In this document: one piece after another, positions 60,132 to 64,000 of the stretch | Layout of the letters: every line of letters starts with the position of its first letter | Numbering within the stretch: the first letter of the stretch is position 1 | Source of the DNA: Felis catus | Lineage: Eukaryota | DNA: 64,000 nt | Assembly: GCF_018350175.1 (NCBI RefSeq) | Contig: NC_058368.1 | Coordinates: 167,774,001-167,838,000 of the forward strand | Direction of reading: 5' to 3' | The notes under the pieces: generated by a model | Told to the model about the DNA's origin: nothing | Databases searched by the model: none | Seen by the model: only the letters and a program-made list of their open reading frames with translations | Program-made: the position numbers and the translations under genes

Positions 60132-61442
60132 AAAGTGAAAGGGTTAGTAGCAGCATTAGGTTAGTTAGTAGTGAAATCTGAGGGAGACTTGCAACCCCTG
60201 GGTCTAAGTGCTGTTGCTTAGTAACAAAGTCAGCCAGCTTTTTAGGCTGGGCTGAGAATATATAGTAAAATCTCTCTAAACATAACTAACTGGCAAAGGC
60301 CTAGTATAAGCTGGGATTTTAAAGCATTTAAAGCATTTGGAGAAAAGAACTAGGTCAATTAACAAAAATGACAAAAGCACACAAAGGATTTGGGCCATTC
60401 TTCTACTGGCCCCCAAATTTGGTACATTTAGAAAATGCATGTCCTTTGAGAGACATATATATTTAGTTTCACTCTCTTTTGCTAGATCTGTCCCTAATCA
60501 CCAGTTGCAAAAGTAGCACACATGTGTAAATTATTATAAGATGCTAGCACTTTCTGAGCAAGTGTCTGAGGTGGATCTGTTCCCAGGGGGCAGACCCCGT
60601 GCCTGGAGACGGCACCCAGGGTGTGCCACGGGCACTGGGCCCAGACCCTGGAGACCTGCGGTAAAATCTTGGATGACTGGCCTCAGGCCAGGGTCTGGTC
60701 TCACTAAGTCTCCATTTTCTCCTGTTCATAGCACAAATAACCACTTCTTAGACTTACAGGGGAAACATGGAAGCATCTCGGTAGTACTTGGTGATCAATA
60801 CAGATTTTTATCATTTTCCTTTGTAGTCTTCACGGGCCCCATATTAAACGTGGCACAATTTCCCAAACTCACACTCACATCTCTGGCCAGCGCCACACAC
60901 CTTCAGTGGGACCTCTGGGACCATTTCTCATCATGTACTAAAAGTGACATCTTAAGTGCAGAAAGGCACAAATTCCCACATAATATTCCCTCACTGGCCC
61001 TTTCTTGCCCCCAGATGGCCACAATACATACATGTTGAGCACTGAAACCACACACTTCAAATTGTGAAAAACCAGTTTGGCACTGTTCTTTCCACCTTAC
61101 TGTTGCAGGAAACTTGGAATCCAGAAAAGAATTTTACCGTTAGACCCTGCACATTGCTGTGTGATGTGCAAACACTTTTAATTTTGGTCCGTGGACTTAG
61201 GGACAGGAGGCCAAATATAATTTGTGCGTATGATTGCTTTTCCTTTCTGCATAAGCACAAAATTCATTTTTAAATAGAAAAATGCAAAAATAACCTCAGA
61301 TTAGTTTAGAAAACCAGGCATCTTGCAATGCATAACTGTAACAGTACATGTATGTGCACGTACACATACATACATATAGGGGGAGAGAGAGAGAGAATAT
61401 GATAGAAAGCTATTAACTACAAACTTGATAGGTAACTCTTAC

Positions 61443-61585
61443 TTTATCACATCTCATCAGTCCCAAATATCTTAGAGATTTGCTGCTCTGCGCAATCAGG
61501 GTGGCTCCTTGATCTGTAATTTCTTTACACCATCCAACATCCACAGTCTCTATCGTCATGCTGTACCGGCCAATGGCTATCAGTG
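61443..61585 (-). CDS. FBXL17: FBXL17 (F-box/LRR-repeat protein 17) penultimate coding exon, 143 nt
   Basis: Minus strand encodes (A)LIAIGRYSMTIETVDVGWCKEITDQGATLIAQSSKSLRYLGLMRCDK, a cysteine-containing LRR recognised as the FBXL17 C-terminus. Acceptor: pyrimidine tract then ctctctgcAG (AG at 61587-61586), phase 1. Donor: AAA|GTAAGA (GT at 61442-61441), phase 0, matching the next exon. Confidence 0.96.
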
Positions 61586-62975
61586 CTGCAGAGAGGGACA
61601 GAAAGAGAGAAAGCAAGCATAAATGTTAGCAGTGTATGGGATCTCTATCTTATTATGACTATTTCTCTCATTTCCTCAGTAAATTTGTTCCTGAAATGTT
61701 GTGTGTAAATGAATGTTTTGTAAACGAAATTAAATTTGAAATGCTTTAGGAAAGCTTGCTCTATGACAAACCCTTTCACAAAGTGAATAATCATTCCATA
61801 ATTCCCCTTTCATTGGAGCACAGCTTCTTATCAGTTTTACTCATTACAAGGTTACCTGTACTTTCAAACACTCATATCTGCAGAAGGAATACATTAAAAT
61901 GAATTATATATATAATGTTACAGAAAATGCTGAGTAGAAACTAAACTTTACCCAAGATAACTTTAATAAATTTTTTAAAAGAAAAATCCATGTAAGCACC
62001 ATTTTGAGGTGTATTATACTACATATAAATTTCTTTACCGATTGGCATAATTTTTTCCAGCTGTTCACGATCTGTAAAATGTAAGACTATATAATATTTT
62101 TCACATTAGTCCTTCTTGGGACTGTTAGGAATTAAGAGTACATTATACATACAGTTGAACTTAATTGGTGCCATGCTACAGTGCGGTAAAGGGAATGCAT
62201 TTGTTATGCTGAATTTCCTCACCATTATCAGAAGTCTTCCTTCTATTAACATATAAAATGAAGCCTGTCATCTGAAAACTATCAGTATCTCTAGTCTTCT
62301 TGACTGTTTAGCATTGGACCACTACTAAAGGGCAGATGCTTATCCCATAATCTACGATGTGCACCACTTATCACTGCTCCATTACCCAGCACCCTGTCAG
62401 AGCGACCAATCAGTGAAGGTGGCTCTTTGCTACGGACTTCTGACTTGATAGACATGCACACCTCTATATTTGTGGAGCAGAAAAACAGATTTCAATACCT
62501 CCAGCCAGAATAAGTTCATGGTGCATTGGTTTGTAAAAGAAAACCCTGAAAACAATGCCACACATTTTAAAAAGGACAGAGAAATTGTTTGCTAATTATT
62601 TCCTCATTCTAAGATAGGATGAGTTGATTTCTGTGACATTAAAGGCGGATGATATTTTCCAATTGACTAGATTGATAAGAGCAGAGTGAATTACTCACGT
62701 AAATAAATGTTAACTCTTACAGCTCACAGAAAAGAACTTGGCAAAATCTCTTTGCCAATTACCTCAGTGATTTTTTTTTACTAGAAAATTCATGCCTATG
62801 ATTCAAGTATCAAAGCACTCCTAAGTAGCCTGATATTTAAGGTTTACAAAAACACCCATCATCTCAGTGTATTCCAGTGAAAATGCGATGAAGGACACAA
62901 ATTTTTTTTTCCTAGAAATTCCTCATGCCACGAATTTGTTCATGCTTTCACCTTTGCCCACCTACTTCGACATTT

Positions 62976-63173
62976 GTTATTTTTTTAAATTTACTTAGAA
63001 AGAGACAGCACAAGCAGAGGTGGAAAAGAGAGAGTGGGAGAGAGAGAATTCCACCCAGGCTCCACACTGTCAGCTCAGAGCTTGACACAGGGCTTGAACT
63101 CACAAACCATGAGATCATGACCTGAGCCGAAATCAAGTCAGATGCTTAACCGACTGAGCCACCCAGGCGCCCC
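62976..63173 (-). mobile_element. Can-SINE (older subfamily), sense to FBXL17
   Basis: caggctccacactgtcagctcagagc…tgagccacccaggcgcccc; degenerate TSD ctacttcgacattt / ctagtttgacattt. Confidence 0.92.
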
Positions 63174-63859
63174 GCTAGTTTGACATTTAGTTTTCAAGGA
63201 AGTGGAGCAGGGTAGAGGGGGTTTTGCCAAAGGTTTGCCAAGTGGTCTGAATGATATTTTGTGCATAGAAGTAATATGCCAGGTTAATCCCATCGGTGTC
63301 CCTTTCCTAAGAAAGCCATGATCTCTGGCACCATCATAATTTCACTAGTTATGCTATCCTAAGGATCTCCTATGATGACTGAAGTAGAATATACATAAAA
63401 GAAATTTCTTCCAATCTCAAACTGTAATTTCAGAAGATGACAAATCACAAGTTGCAGAAGGCCCCAGGTTGGTAGATTGTGGACTTTTATTTAGGTTTGA
63501 GGCTAGAACATGAAAGCCCTGCCCCGGACAGAAAAACATAAAAATAATGATCTGAGAAGTTTTTTAGCAGCTGCTTTATAAGCAAATGAAGAGTCAATAG
63601 CTTTTGATTCTAACTTCTAAGAACACTGGTGTTTATTATTTCCCTTTTTTTCCTTTCTTGTCCAAATTAAAATAAGCAGTAAACAAGACAACTGAAGATA
63701 AATCAGGGCATTCTCTGTTTGTTTTGACATAGCTCTATACCGTAAAGTAAGAACTGAACTTTATTATTCCTTAACTTGTTCATTTATTCAGCAAACACCT
63801 CCTGAGTACTTGCTCTAGAGCATTTTGTCTAATGTCTATTGACTATCCATGGGCTAGGC

Positions 63860-64000
63860 ACTGGGCTAGGAATTTTAGGCAATTATTTCATTAAATCCTC
63901 TCAGAAACCCTATGAAGTTTTATTATTATTTCCATTTTAAAGATCAGAAAACTGAGTCACAGAAAGACTGAATGACCTTCCCTGTCACAAGACACTAAGT
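63860..64000 (-). mobile_element. MIR SINE (truncated by window end)
   Basis: tcattaaatcctctcagaaaccctatgaag…ccattttaaagatcagaaaactgagtcacaga. Confidence 0.7.

Larger units (their letters stand above)
42476..61442 (-). other. FBXL17: FBXL17 last intron (GT-AG, 18,967 nt)
   Basis: Bounded by the donor and acceptor above; frame-compatible join. Confidence 0.9.

Noticed and set aside
60541..61038. 165-aa ATG-initiated plus-strand ORF antisense within the FBXL17 intron
   Set aside because: No recognisable homology, domain or promoter context; would need conservation or ribosome-profiling support.
61413..61442. ORF read-through past the donor (VRVTYQVCS*)
   Set aside because: Intronic continuation after a strong GTAAGA donor; no evidence for an alternative terminal exon.
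1..64000. CRISPR arrays, rRNA, true tRNA genes, operon-like systems
   Set aside because: None seen. The DNA is mammalian, tRNA-like A/B boxes belong to SINE heads, and the 15-bp and 47-bp repeats lack unique spacers.

Overview
Mammalian genomic DNA from a felid: it carries many tRNA-derived Can-SINEs of SINEC_Fc type, but the species cannot be fixed from this window. The only protein-coding content I can support is the 3' end of FBXL17 on the minus strand. This comprises the penultimate coding exon (61443-61585, 143 nt), an 18,967-nt last intron, the last coding segment (42335-42475, ending ...GWTPNMSAASS*) and a ~2.8 kb 3'UTR with several AATAAA signals, the distal ones near 39540-39592. The left ~39.5 kb is downstream intergenic DNA; by human synteny this side faces EFNA5. 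It is dominated by repeats: Can-SINEs with target-site duplications (TSDs), old L1 pieces, MaLR/ERVL LTRs, DNA transposons, MIR and L2. Nearly all other listed ORFs are chance or repeat-derived. I found no convincing new multi-gene system. The most notable items are: (1) a Mutator-like (MULE) element with ~120-bp subrepeat-built TIRs, a 9-bp TSD and a transposase C-terminal remnant (3301-4085); (2) an ancient two-LTR, internally deleted ERV-L provirus with gag and dUTPase remnants (~20075-22132); (3) an old L1 with an internally inverted ORF1 segment; (4) inverted Can-SINEs flanking the penultimate FBXL17 exon; (5) repeat-free, homeodomain-motif-rich intronic blocks that are candidate enhancers. 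Repeat family names come from recall of consensus sequences, not from a database search.
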